A stretch of DNA of 63,811 bases, counting the filler, from Polymyxa betae A26-41 (taxonomy: Eukaryota; Protista; Endomyxa: Phytomyxea), in the NCBI GenBank assembly GCA_003693705.1. It is 6 parts of 6 records of this genome, joined end to end, with 100 filler letters (N's around TTAATTAATTAA, not from the genome) between each part and the next. Parts side by side here need not be neighbours in the genome. Positions count along the whole stretch, not along the records: positions 38,156 to 53,406 come from RBZT01000201.1; 5 more parts are not named here. One strand, written 5' to 3'. Of the stretch, positions 39,043 to 51,397 are shown piece by piece (position 1 is the first letter of the stretch; the number at the start of each line of letters is the position of its first letter). A model generated the notes under the pieces. It made no database searches. It was not told the origin of the DNA and saw only the letters and a list, made by a program, of their open reading frames with translations. The position numbers were made by a program, and so were the translations under genes.

Positions 39043-40014
39043 TCACCTTCTGCAAAGCGATTGTGGACAGAACTGATGGGGCCGGCTATTGGTGGTCAAA
39101 TTAGTGAATCGATATTTCTGAGCAATAAGTCGGTAAACGAACCCCTGACAGCCTTCATCTCCATCATAGCAAATCCTTGTCGTTTGCAGATCATCGAATA
39201 TCATATTTGCACATGATAGATCCCATTTATAGCTCACAAAGTTGATCAGATCTTCGAAGACTTGTCTCCTATCAGATCGAACAATCATCGATTTCCCGAT
39301 CCAGCGATTATTCAGAAACGGATCTTTCCTTGACCTATCATCTTGACTATTCCTGGATCTATCATCTTGACTAAAGATATCCTGAATGCTCACGCCAGAT
39401 GCATATCCAGTAATCAGCCAGAACATCCATCTCGTCGATTTCGAACTCAGCCTGATGATATCGGCAAAATGTTGCAGACCGATTTGAGGCAGGTTCGGGC
39501 TCCAGCCGAAACGTCCCAGATCCGAGGCGATCTTCCTTTTCGCGGATTGAAGCGTTTTCGGTAGCGAATGCCTCTCACAGAATATGGCGATTTCGGTAAA
39601 GCACGTGAAGACGCTGATCGAGCTGAGCAGATTATCGCAGAGCTTCGCGGCTCCATCAGACATCATAAAATCGGCGATAGAAGCGACCGCCAATACTTCA
39701 TCACGACGATCCGCGCTCAGCTTGACCAGGCCGTACACGACCTTGAGATAGAGTTCGAAGCAGGACGTCTTATCGTCGTATTTGACGTTGAAAAACGAGA
39801 AACAGGAATCCGGGAGGTCGATGGTGACAGATTTCACGGCGTTGGCGACTTCGAGTCCATCTGCTTGCCAATGCAGAAACTGCTCCAGATAGCGACTAAC
39901 AGGACACATGATGAACCGATGGCATTGGAATGAGCGATCACCGACAACCAGCACCAGATCGCAGCATTGCCCATTGTTGTAGAGAGCCTTGACGATCTTC
40001 TCGGCGTTGAACAT
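39043..40014 (-). CDS. BTB/POZ-domain protein (intronless, 323 aa)
   Basis: CDLVLVVGDRSFQCHRFIMCPVSRYL..FELYLKVVYG..VLAVASIADFMM..LC, followed by BACK-like helices. Confidence 0.82.
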   Translation of the reverse strand: MFNAEKIVKALYNNGQCCDLVLVVGDRSFQCHRFIMCPVSRYLEQFLHWQADGLEVANAVKSVTIDLPDSCFSFFNVKYDDKTSCFELYLKVVYGLVKLSADRRDEVLAVASIADFMMSDGAAKLCDNLLSSISVFTCFTEIAIFCERHSLPKTLQSAKRKIASDLGRFGWSPNLPQIGLQHFADIIRLSSKSTRWMFWLITGYASGVSIQDIFSQDDRSRNSQDDRSRKDPFLNNRWIGKSMIVRSDRRQVFEDLINFVSYKWDLSCANMIFDDLQTTRICYDGDEGCQGFVYRLIAQKYRFTNLTTNSRPHQFCPQSLCRR

Positions 40015-42060
40015 GGCGATCGATGGGCTTTCTGCTGGATCTGTCTTACAATAGGTTGACGATTAGATGGTAAGGGATAATACCATGTGGTGATGGAGCG
40101 ATCCGCTGACCCGATTGGATCACAATTGAGATAGGAAAGCATTGCGTATTCATCGGATTGAAAAGTTCATGCGAATCGATTGAAGAGGAGTGTTAGAACT
40201 TTGATGGCAATCAACGAACAAGAAGCTTCCAACAGAACATGGTTGACAGGAGATGGGTTTTAATTGGGAGAAAGCGTAGTAACGAGCCAGATAAAAGCTT
40301 GCATTCGAGGAATTGAGAGATCGAGGTGATAACTGGAATATTCAGTACCAAAGGTAGCAAATTTCGGTTCTCAAAACCAAAGGAAAAAGGATTATGCTAT
40401 ACTTCTACTGAAAGTTGAATGATAAGGGTCATCTATGAAATATATGACAGAGCGGGATGTCAAATCATTCCTCGAAATAAACCAAAGTAGAGCACAGTTA
40501 AGAGTTAAACATGAATAAAAATCCTTTACTAAAATACTATTGTGAGAGTATTTGTTATTCACACAAAGTGAATTCCAGTCAACCAGACCCTGCAAGTAAC
40601 GATTATACAGTTTTGTTGGAAGAATTTGAGCGGCATCACAGATATAGAGGACATACTCCTGCCATTGATTACATTGGCTGATTTCATCGTGATTGAAGAG
40701 TCTTCTATCTGTCAGAGTACTAATGGTACCGCCAATCCATTCAATGCTCAGAGATAAACCCTTCCTTGGTTCACACGAAACCAATAGTAACTGTATACCT
40801 GCAGCATACCCAGTAATGCTCCAGAATAGATTCTTGTTCGGCGTAATGTATATGTTGACGATGTCGATGAAGTGCTGAGAACCAATTTGAAGCAGACCAA
40901 TGCAAATTGGAGACGATTCTCGGTTTACTTCTTCAAGCGTTTTAGGTAGACATGCCTTGCAGCAAATCGAGCAATCTCAGTTATAAGAATGGAAAATCAA
41001 ACGAAATTCAGAAGATTATCACAGAGCAGCACAGCTGTAGCAGATATCTTGAAATGAGTAATCTCAGCGATCGCGAACGACTTTTCCCGATGTTAATGTT
41101 TGCATATAGGCTTATGCAGGCCGTACGCGACTCTCAAGTACGTAGATGCTAAATCTAAAGTCTTTGATCTCATTCGGGAAGCGGAGAGCCAGTATGTCCC
41201 AACTCCCATTATCAGGCTGGTCGATAGTCACGAGTTCACATCGTCAACGGCTCCGTTTTCATCTGAAGAGAGCGTCATCGAGGGGTCGCAAGTTCGAATC
41301 AAGTTGAAGACATTTGTTTTTCGCATCACCGCCAGTGGTTACCGATTAGGAGGTCTTTCGAGGCCGACTGGAAACCGACAAAAACCATTTAAAAGATAGA
41401 TTTGTCATCGGGGAAGTACCAGCTAAGAAAGCAAGTTGCAGAGGTCGCATGATGCCCAGAACCGGTATCTTCACACCAATAAGCAGGACGAGTCACAAAG
41501 GTGGAAGAAGCTCCGAATATTACTTAGTACGAGCTGCTGTTCTTGCAGCCCTGCACAAGAGGATAATGTGTCGCGTAACAAACCGAATAAACAAACAAAC
41601 AAACAATCGTCTGAGGAGTACTGCAGAATTCGCTCCAGCTAATAACGACTAGCTGGAATCATCTTTGGCCAATGACAAGGCGAAGATGGGGGTTGTTAAA
41701 TGCAATGTGATACCCAAATTAAACAGCGATCAGAATCCGACTAAAACCGACATCACTTTCAATAACAACCCATAGAAAAACAGCCGAAAGATAAGGAACA
41801 TCATCAGATCTAATGAATACTGTATAAGGAATAATCGACTTCAAAACAACCAAGAAAAACTTTAAATCAGCTATAAAGCAAGTTGACAGTAATACAGTCA
41901 CTCTAACAGATATCAGTTATGTCAGAGAAACATTCGAGCAAAGAGCAGATGCCAGAATCCATCCACAAGAGATCATCCAGACGAAGCGCTTACGAGATGC
42001 AACTTCCCTTGCAAAGACGCTCTTACAAAACATCAAATTGATCAGTTGATAGCAGAACAC

Positions 42061-42825
42061 CCAGATATCTCTATATGGACAGATGGCCGGTCCCGCCTCA
42101 CTAATAAGGTAGAATCAAGAGCAGCTGCCATTATCCATATCTCGGATCATGGCCTTCACAGCACAATCGTTGAACTCGAAATCCATAGTATTTTATAAAC
42201 TTGGGAACACAGCGTCTAGCTACGAGACTGGGATCATCACTTTACAGAGACTATTTTGTCACTAAATCCACGTGAGCGACACATCCATAGACTCCCAGTC
42301 ATATTTATAGAAACTTCATACTATCATACAAATTCAAATATACAAATTCAGTAGTGAAAGACGTTGCAGAGAAATTCGCCAGTTTGCAAAGCAGCAACTC
42401 TGCTGATCTGCATTTTATCCAGAGCCATACAGAACAAATCCCAGAAAGCAACCGGCTCTATAGCCGCGCCTAAAAACGCGGCTGTAAATGGTGACGAAAG
42501 CGACAAGGACCCTTTAATTTCGTCCTACAAGCTAGATTCAAAGAAATTGAGAAAGCCAATCTTCGAACATATTCAAATATCAACGTTAAGCAAAGCAAAT
42601 ACACTGACTATAGTTCCGTTGAAAAACGGCCCTATAACCGTCAGAAACGGAAATAAATCTATCAATCTTAGGATAAACAACAATCATGCATTACTCAATC
42701 GAGTACGAACTGGCCATACAAGAGCCCGAATTCATCTGAAACATCTCAGGATGGAATCGGAGGATATATGACGACATTGTAATAGATACATAAGACCATA
42801 GAACATCACCTGATCAAATGTACAA
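42061..42825 (+). mobile_element. Degenerate non-LTR (LINE) 3' remnant: RNase H and C-terminal CCHC finger
   Basis: ISIWTDG (RNase H); LLNRVRTGH..L.....*RHC..TIEHHLIKC. Confidence 0.65.
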
Positions 42826-45800
42826 TATTCAGATACTGACTCAAAATTTCGCGACGAACACACCCAGAAGAGGATCACTAACTTTAACACAGCGCTTTAC
42901 TTACAAAAAGAACATGGCCAAATCTCGACTGCAGCGCACGAACACGGCTGTTATAGAAAACAAGAGGATAGTAAGCTGGGTAACCAGTTGGGGAAACTGT
43001 TGGATTGGGCAGGTTCCTATCTTACCTTCTAGAGGCTCTATTAGGTCCTACTGAATGGGCCGAGCATATATAAGGTTCTCATAGATGGGTGAATTACTGG
43101 AAGCTCTGAAGACGGAAGCAGGAGCTCCTGAGAATCATAAAGGTGATAAACCCGCATACCTCAGGAATCGTGCTATGGATACAGCACCGCCCGTTGATAT
43201 CAACAAACTTGCCGAATCGAATCTAATCCAACTGGAATCATCACGAAACGAAGGCCACGGAAGATCGGCCGGCAACGACACCAGGCTGAGAGTGACATTT
43301 CGGCATTTCTATCAAGATTGGATTGATTGAATGCGACAAGTTTTGTTGATTTTAATAGGCGGTGATCGACCTGTCAGTAGAGGCACCGCTATTAAAGGAG
43401 CACCATTGCAAGCCATATTGGCAATTAAGAGGGATTGTCATTCATGACTTGCTCTTAAGAAAAGGGGCCCGAGTGATTATGAGCGATTATGGATACTGGA
43501 AAGATTTAAGAGGTTGAAAGACATTTTGATTCATCAGGTGCTGAGCAGAGAGTGTCTTCTGTTCATGCAAAACGACTTCAACGGGCAGTTCTTGATCCGA
43601 CCATATTGCTAAATGAGCGTTAAGCAACAAACTTCATCCTTTTGGGTGCCATTTCATTGTTCTTTTAAAGTAACCAGCACTCAGATATGGGTGCTTTGAG
43701 AATAGTGCAGGGTTAGAGGACAGAAAATAGTGGTTAAGATTGAATTCCTTGTAAAGGAGACGAGTTCTTGCTCAGAGAACGGGCATCCAACGTGACGACG
43801 ACGGACGAATCTGACTTTGGGCTCGGGTGCCAAACCTCCAGGTCGTTGATTTGATCGGAACCTGAAGCCGGCGCTCTGACGGCAATTCATAAATCGTAAG
43901 TAACCCTAAACCCTAGCCCTTATCCGCCCTCTGCAATCTGAACCAAATAGGGACAAGCTCCGGCGGTTTCGGCAGCTTCAGGCTCCAAAGATGTAGTCCC
44001 GATTACTGAAACCTTCTCAGCCGACCGGACCCGATCAGTTGCCATCAAGCTCTTCATTTGAAATCTAAACCAATTTGTTGTCGAAATTTATGCACTTGTG
44101 ATAGAGACTGATGTCGATTCCTGCAGACGTCAAACGCAAACAGTGACCTGCAACCGACCCCAATGCCCCAGGTCACCAGATTTCTAGAGCAACTCGCATT
44201 TGGCCTCACACCGTCTATCCAGTACAACCTCCCATTTCCGATTTCCAGCCCCAATGGTATCATCACATTTTTTGCTAAATCGAATCGGATTCGAATCCAC
44301 TCAATTGCTGTCCATCCACAGCACTAATTATAGTACAATTTAACCAGCTGTTCTATTTCAAACATGACATTGCCATTTTCGTTTAGTTCTGCTCTTTCTT
44401 CTAACCACAAACGTACTCAAAAATATCAAAACCCAATGGCAATCGATAATCAACTGGGCTGTGTAATACCCAATCACATGTCGAACCGATTGGCAACATG
44501 CAAACGTATCGATCGGCAGTCACTACCTAGCAATTAGAATAGGCTGCTATCTCCATTTTCCCCGTTGTACAGTTTTGCGTTCCATTCTCAATACAAATGA
44601 GAACCATTAATGCTCAGGGTCGCATCTGATACAGTGTCAATCCAGGAACAATCACCTGGGTCCAGTGTATAGGGCCCTCGCCATATATACTGAAAGTCCG
44701 TGACGGGAGTTTTACCTTGGGCCAATTGTTCCATGTTGAATTTTTGAACCTGTTGACAGACCACGGGCCAACTACGGCTCGCAAATCTTGATCTAATATT
44801 GATCGTGTGGAGCTGACATCACCTTATGGACACCCTCGGCAACATGGACATGTCGAACTACCAGAATTTTACGCAACTGTTTTATATCCGTTTCACCACA
44901 TGACGTGAGGGGCACAAACGCAAACTAGAGCAATCATGAAACTCTCTGGCGCGGTTACCACCATTATTTAAGAGATCGAGTGGAATGACGGCCAGTGTCG
45001 ACTAGAAGAGAGACCTGAAAGCACCGGAAGGCGTCCAATGGGACGCGGACGCCGTTCGATTTTGTGCATTTGTCATGATAACTTGAACCGAAAACAGAGC
45101 TCATGAGATGGCTATTCTCTTGGTATAAGGCTGTTCGCTGCTTGAAGTATTTTGCGCCGTCCCTGCCAGTAGTTCTGCAGAAACTGTCGTTTGCTTCGGA
45201 AGAACAGTTCAGCGATCATTATATCGATGATATATGGGCTTCTAGAGCTCATGCCATGCTAAGATGCGAATTTCCGTTCTCTTTTGGGCCTAGCATTGAT
45301 ATCCATAATGAATGGAGGCAGTAAGCTGTCGTCTAGCTAGCTTTCTGCACTATTTACTCATCTTCTCAGGAATATACCGGATGTTCTTCCTGTCACTGTA
45401 TAATTGACCTTCAGGAATCATGACTGCTGAGTCAATTGGACAAAGCATATAAACAGAAACCTACGGGAGCGTTAGGTTCTTTTCCCATTCCCTAAACAGT
45501 TGAGAGATTCAGCAGATTCATTCTCATCAAAAATGCCAATTGTTGACCAAGCAACGAGGCCAGACGACAAAAATGACTGCCAAGATCAGCATAGGCTATC
45601 GAATCGATTACTGGATCTTCTTGGCGTTAAGCCCATTCCTATCGAGTTCTCTGCTTGGATCATTTATCAAGTCTCACACCTGGTCTTAATGGCATCAGAA
45701 TGATCAGATTATGCTAACAAAGATCTGTGCGAATCAGACCGCGGACGTATATTGTTTCCAAATGGTGTGGCATCCTCGACTATCTCGCCAAATAGTAACA

Positions 45801-48467
45801 ATGGGTTCGCCGTCTGTGTTTTGTCCTTCTTTAATCACATCCGCAGGATTATTGCAGACGTCAATGAGCAGTCTCTCTGCCCTGAAGATATTACTGAACC
45901 ATTAATGGAATACCTGATCACCTGCAGGCTTTTACTAATGCCAGTAATCTGCTTCCGGATTTATGTCATTATACTTTTCTAACTGATCATAAATTTAGAT
46001 ATCTCGAGACGTAATCGATTATTTTGACAGATTTCGCTGTAGTCGGGTAGTACCGGTATCGATCGGAACCCTANNNNNNNNNNNNNNNNNNNNNNNNNNN
46101 NNNNNNNNNNNNNNNNNNNNNNNNNNNNNNNNNNNNNNNNNNNNNNNNNNNNNNNNNNNNNNNNNNNNNNNNNNNNNNCTCGGGCAATGATATTCACCAC
46201 CACCCCAACTTCAAGGGTATGCCTCCCCGTACGCTGACCAGATTTATGCAAGACGCTTACTCTTCAATTCCAACAGTATTTTTCGACGCCACCTTCCTGA
46301 GTACTCTTCTCTTATTTGGGTTAGGATTTTACGGCATTGGTTGAGCATGGAATCGAAAACCGATTCCGCAGCTGTGGTTGTTGGCTGTATAAACCTACAG
46401 CCAGGTTCTATTGAAGCCCTGAACTCCTTTTTCCTATTCATGGATTCGGATGAGGAGAACTTGTGCCCGATACAAATCTCCGACTCTCTGACGATTGATC
46501 TTGGCAAGGAGGATCCTCTCCCATCCTGGCTGAAGATGCAATTGCTTTTTTCCAGCAGGAGTTTGACCTGTTCCTGATCAAGCAATCTCCGATTGCGAAT
46601 TATTTCAATACACTGAAGTAAACCATCCAATTCAATAAGCATTGCCAGGGTCGTCACTCGGTTTTCGCTATCGCCATTAACGTATTTTCAGGCCGGCCAG
46701 GACTATGATTAGCATGGAGGATCTGGATCGCATAGCTTAAAACACGCGTCTGAATATTGCGACAGCCCTGTAATAGTCGCTGGTTCCAGATCGGAACCCC
46801 TCGGATCAGATCGCTTACGACAAGACTGAATTCCTATATTATTTTGACGAAACAATATGGTCTTTTTGATAGTCAGTCTTTCAAGGCGTGAGTGGATTAT
46901 TGCGATCGAGAGCACATTACGCCCGATTTACTTGCTCGGCTTATAAAAAAAAGCGAGGCCTTAAGCAAGTTGTGCAAAGCCACGAAATACCATTCGCCTC
47001 ATCGCCTACCTAAACTTGAACACAATCAGGAAACTGTCGATCTATTTGCTTTCGTTCGGTTTCGAATCAGCCGAGCACCGTCAGAGCGAACGCCATTGTG
47101 TCGATCGAGCTTGGTGATCCAATCGAGAGCTTTGCTCTGGTGCTCGTGCGATTATCATCGTTGCCAACTTTATTCGGTGCAGCTCGAGATGGACACAGTT
47201 TCAGCTCACTTCATTGGTTTTCGATATTTGCCAATTTTTACTCATTCCCTCCTTTTCTGGAATTTTATTCCCCCATCGCTTATTTTTCACAATAAAATGT
47301 ATTGTATCTAAATTGCGGTCAATGCAATACTGTTGTTTGTTTTGACCTAAACAATCAATCACGTCAAGCTGTGCATCGGTCATCAGTACGAAAAGAAATT
47401 GGTGTAAATTATCATGATCGCAGAACAGAAGAGACCCCTTCTACCTTATGATAGTGCTTTCTTCACAAACATAAAAATGTAAATCTTCCCTCTGTTTTGG
47501 GCCCATTTGTCTATCGGTAAGTCTTCCCTGTTGATGGCAAACCGACCTAAAACATCTCAGTACCAAAAAAGGACAATTTCGTCCCTTGATAAGTTGAAAT
47601 GCGATGTTGGCAGCCAGTGGTATAGTGTTCTTCCATTAATAAAAGACAGTCAAAACCAAGATTTGAGCAACGAGCCCAACAAGCTTAGCTGAAACAGCAG
47701 AAAAAAATTGCACATGACAGGCGAAGCAGCCGAATCCCAAATGTATGATGATGGCTAATTACAAGAAACAAGAGTTTCGAAGTTCCCATCATGCTATCTG
47801 AAGGCATTCGGTCGCTACTTCTAAAGGTAAAAACAAGATATAAACGACAGCATGACTCCTATTTGTATAAGGCATACTGAAAGAAGATTCCCATTATTAT
47901 CGCTTGGCATTCTTATGGGGCTTATTAGTAGCGGCCGATGTCTGAATGCGTTGGAGAGAGGTAGCACGCTCCAATCTCAAACCCTAGAGCCTTAGCTCGT
48001 ATTGGAAGCGGCTTTGGGCTCCCGCTCTTTGTGAAAGGACTTTCTCGTTTGGAAAATCTGCCAAAGTAAACGAATGCTGTCAATTTAAAACAAAAAATCA
48101 GATTATTGTTTTTTCTCTATTTAGATCGGTACTTTAGTCCACCCTAAATCCTAAAGTGATGATGGTGTGATGGACGGGGTGAAAGGGTTCAGAACACAGT
48201 CGTTGAGATTGAAGACATTTCATACTGAGCAACTCTCAGCTCCAACTGTTACAATTCAACAATTGGTCGCTGGATACGAACAGATATAATTTCTGTTCAA
48301 AGAGCCTGGCAGAATTAGACCAATGTGCGAACGTAGAAAAACAATCGATCTTAATCTCGAGCGTTTAAACATCAGAATGGCACCTGTTTTCAGGAGAATT
48401 TCGAACTGTGGAATATCGGCAAAACTCTGTATTAATGAACAAATTTTGCCAAATATGTAGGGACTAT

Positions 48468-49500
48468 TTAGGCGAATTTGGATAATATGTCAGTACGACA
48501 TGTCGGACAAGTGACATGATGGTCTTGGCGCCACCTCATCAAGCAGGCAGCATGATATCTCTGTGGGCATTTACCGTCCGGTATGGCATCTTGAGAAGGT
48601 CGTCGGCTCCATACAGATGGGACATTCCTCATCCTAACAGCAGATCGTGTTATTAGAGCAAAACGGATTCCAAAACAGGAGCAACGAACGAGTCAATGAA
48701 AACAAAGTGCCAAATTGAATCAATGAAATGATGAAGCCGTGTAACATTACAGTTTCAGGTGAGATCACATCCTCAGACGCATCGAAATATTCCAGGTGCT
48801 GTGAAGTCCACTCCAGGAGCTTCTGGACATTGTTTGAGCTCTGGTGGTCTCCACTCAAAGAGCGTAGCCCATCCAGTAAGCTGCTCATCTCATCGGACGA
48901 CTCCTCGCTATCCCATTGTTGCTCTACAATTCCGTTATTCAGACCTACAACAACAAGAACCGATCCGCCCGACCTTTGATCGCACCCAGATCGGGTGACG
49001 GCATTAAATTCGACAGAAGGCGGCCGGAGGTCCAGTACGTCAGCGCCTGAACGACGCTGGGCGCGGTGCGGAACAGCGCTCGGGCAATGCAGCAGACGGC
49101 GAGAGACGCGAGTTTGTTGTCGGACTTGAGAATCGTGTGGCCTTCGCTGCAGTGAACGAAGACCAGTAAGGCCAGATGATGGAGGCTGTGAACGCCGAAT
49201 TGTTTCGGATTGCGTCCGATGACTTTACCGCAGTTGGGCGGATTGTCCAAACGTATGCCCCTCCATGGCGTCGGCGGAGAGTTGGTTTGAGTAGTATAAT
49301 CGACCAGGATCTGGAACATTTTTTGGAGCGATAACGAGCTGGTGCGGACTGAATGAGCGATGAAATTGGCGGCCAAATTGATGCGAAGAGCAACATGTTG
49401 ATCACTGGAAAGTGGCAGCAGATGCTCGATAATCTCTTCATCATTGATCTTTTTGGACGGTGCGACGTCCAGATCATATAAATATCTGTCACGTAAAGTC
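48468..49500 (-). CDS. Multi-exon protein with a C-terminal RING-H2-like finger, frameshifted; start not resolved
   Basis: Last exon (acceptor at ~48634) reads DEECPICMEP, frameshift, GKCPQRYHAACLMRWRQDHHVTCPTCR*. Upstream ORFs 48945-49703 and 48634-48888. Confidence 0.6.
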
Positions 49501-50765
49501 AGCCGAATCGAGCAATAGTCACAATGAAAATGAAAAATTCGGAAAAAGTTTGATCTGCGACGCTTTGAAATGAAAACGAAAGCGAATTTCATAGAAATTG
49601 TGGAATTAATGAGCACAGAGGACGGACTTTTGGAGGATGGTACGCCACATGTATTGAATTTCAGTAGGACGGGCACCGGGGACATTACGTAGAACAATCT
49701 CATCCCAGGGATCGGTTAAGAATACCACCCACGCAGTCCGAGTTAGAACCGAATCGAATTTGGGCCCGTAAAAAAGTCCGCAATTTTATTGAAAACTTAT
49801 AATTCTGCCATAATGGATGCAGGAATGGTTCGATGGCGGCGGTACTTTCGCACGGCGTGCTCAACCTGTTTTATCAAGAGAAACTGCCCGTTAAGAAAAT
49901 ATGATGTTAAACGGCGACAGTTTTTCCATTTCCTCCTGTGAGTGAAACTTCGAGGCAAGCATTTTGATCAGCTCAGATCTCCAATTTTGTAAATTCGAAA
50001 TATCAACGGAGTTATAGGCTTCCGCAATTATAGTTTTTAATAGGGCATTGATTAGATTTGGACGGTATAATACCGTACGCAAATATGTGATATACAGTCA
50101 CGCAAAATAAATGCGGGGACTGCGCCACTCTCGCAGTTTTGTCAAGTGCGGGTTTGCAAATCCATGTCAGTTTAATCGCTGGCAGGCGGAGTCATTCGAT
50201 GCCACGTCCGAACAAACGACTCAGCATGCTCGTCGTATGGTGGCTGCTCGTCTTCCTCGCCAGGGAACCGTTGAGAACGTTATGGTGCCGAGCCCCGGCC
50301 CTGCCGCTGTGACAGATGAATGGCTAGACGATTTAGCTAACGTAGAAGATGACGTTTTTCTCGATATTGATGTTATTCGATGGACTCCCGGGGCGAAACC
50401 TCGAACTCGTAAATCCCACGATGGTTTTGGAAGATCTTTGTTGTTCGCTATGAAAGCGAAACGGAAGAAGATGCAGGTGATGTGCGTTCTGGACGAGATC
50501 TATCGATTGCAGTTGTCATAAATTTGATATGGCGTTCCGCCATGGATCCTTAGGGCTTTTATTACCCCTATCTGAAATTGTCGAGTATAGGTGACCGCTA
50601 CGGTACACAGGCATCTAGATCCACGGAGTTGGGCATCTAAGATCTGGGCAACCTCTATAAGAGAGGGAGAGGCAGGGAGAAGAGGGATGTGAGAGAGCAG
50701 AGAGACAGTCAGACAGACAGACAGCATCAGAACCTGCCTTTCGCTCAGTGCTTCTATTGCTCAAT

Positions 50766-50850
50766 GATCAAGGCCGAGGGTCAGCACGACCTGTTACGCA
50801 TGCTGCTGGAAGCGCCACTGCCCGATCGGCTGGGTTGCCGTAGTCAGATT
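50766..50850 (+). pseudogene. Fragment paralogous to the ankyrin-like gene at 53507
   Basis: IKAEGQHDLLRMLLEAPLPD versus IQAGGQHAPLLRLLLEAPLPD, with clear DNA similarity. Confidence 0.65.
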
Positions 50851-51397
50851 TCAACATTGCGCTCAACAGAGAAGAAAAAATCATGAGAATATCTCTGCAA
50901 ACAGCTGATAGGGACTGGTGCTTCATTAAAGGAGGTAATAATGGAGAGCTGTGTATTAGCCCTAGTAGGTGAAGTAGGGTATACATGGGCTCGAGTCCCA
51001 TTTGGATTGGACAGGTGTCTATCCTACTTTACTTAGGCATTTTTAGGTTCGGACTTACTGGGCCGAACATTTATTAATCTTGGGCGTAACGGGTGTCTAT
51101 AATACAGAAACTGGAAAGTAGGAGCTGCTGAAGTGACCATATTGGTCCTATAGACCTTGTGCTAAGGGAATAGCACCAATTGTTGATAAAATCAACTAAT
51201 TAGTCGAGTGCAATCCAATTATTTCATTATATTCAGCTGTGACACCATCTTCGAGATTGTCGCGATTTTCGTTTCGCAACGCGACCTATCCAATCAGATC
51301 TTATTCTCATCCCTGATACTTAATCAGTAGGATTCAGAGAAAACCTGCGCGCAGAATTGAGTTTCGCCAAGACTGCGCATGTTCTATTAGCCTAGAA

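Noticed and set aside
40830-40900. RRNVYVDD as a BEL/Pao RT motif
   Set aside because: Isolated short motif with no other recognisable RT blocks nearby.
43085-43640. Possible tyrosine-recombinase-like fragment (HDLLLRKGA..GYWK)
   Set aside because: Too short and stop-ridden; the resemblance could be chance.
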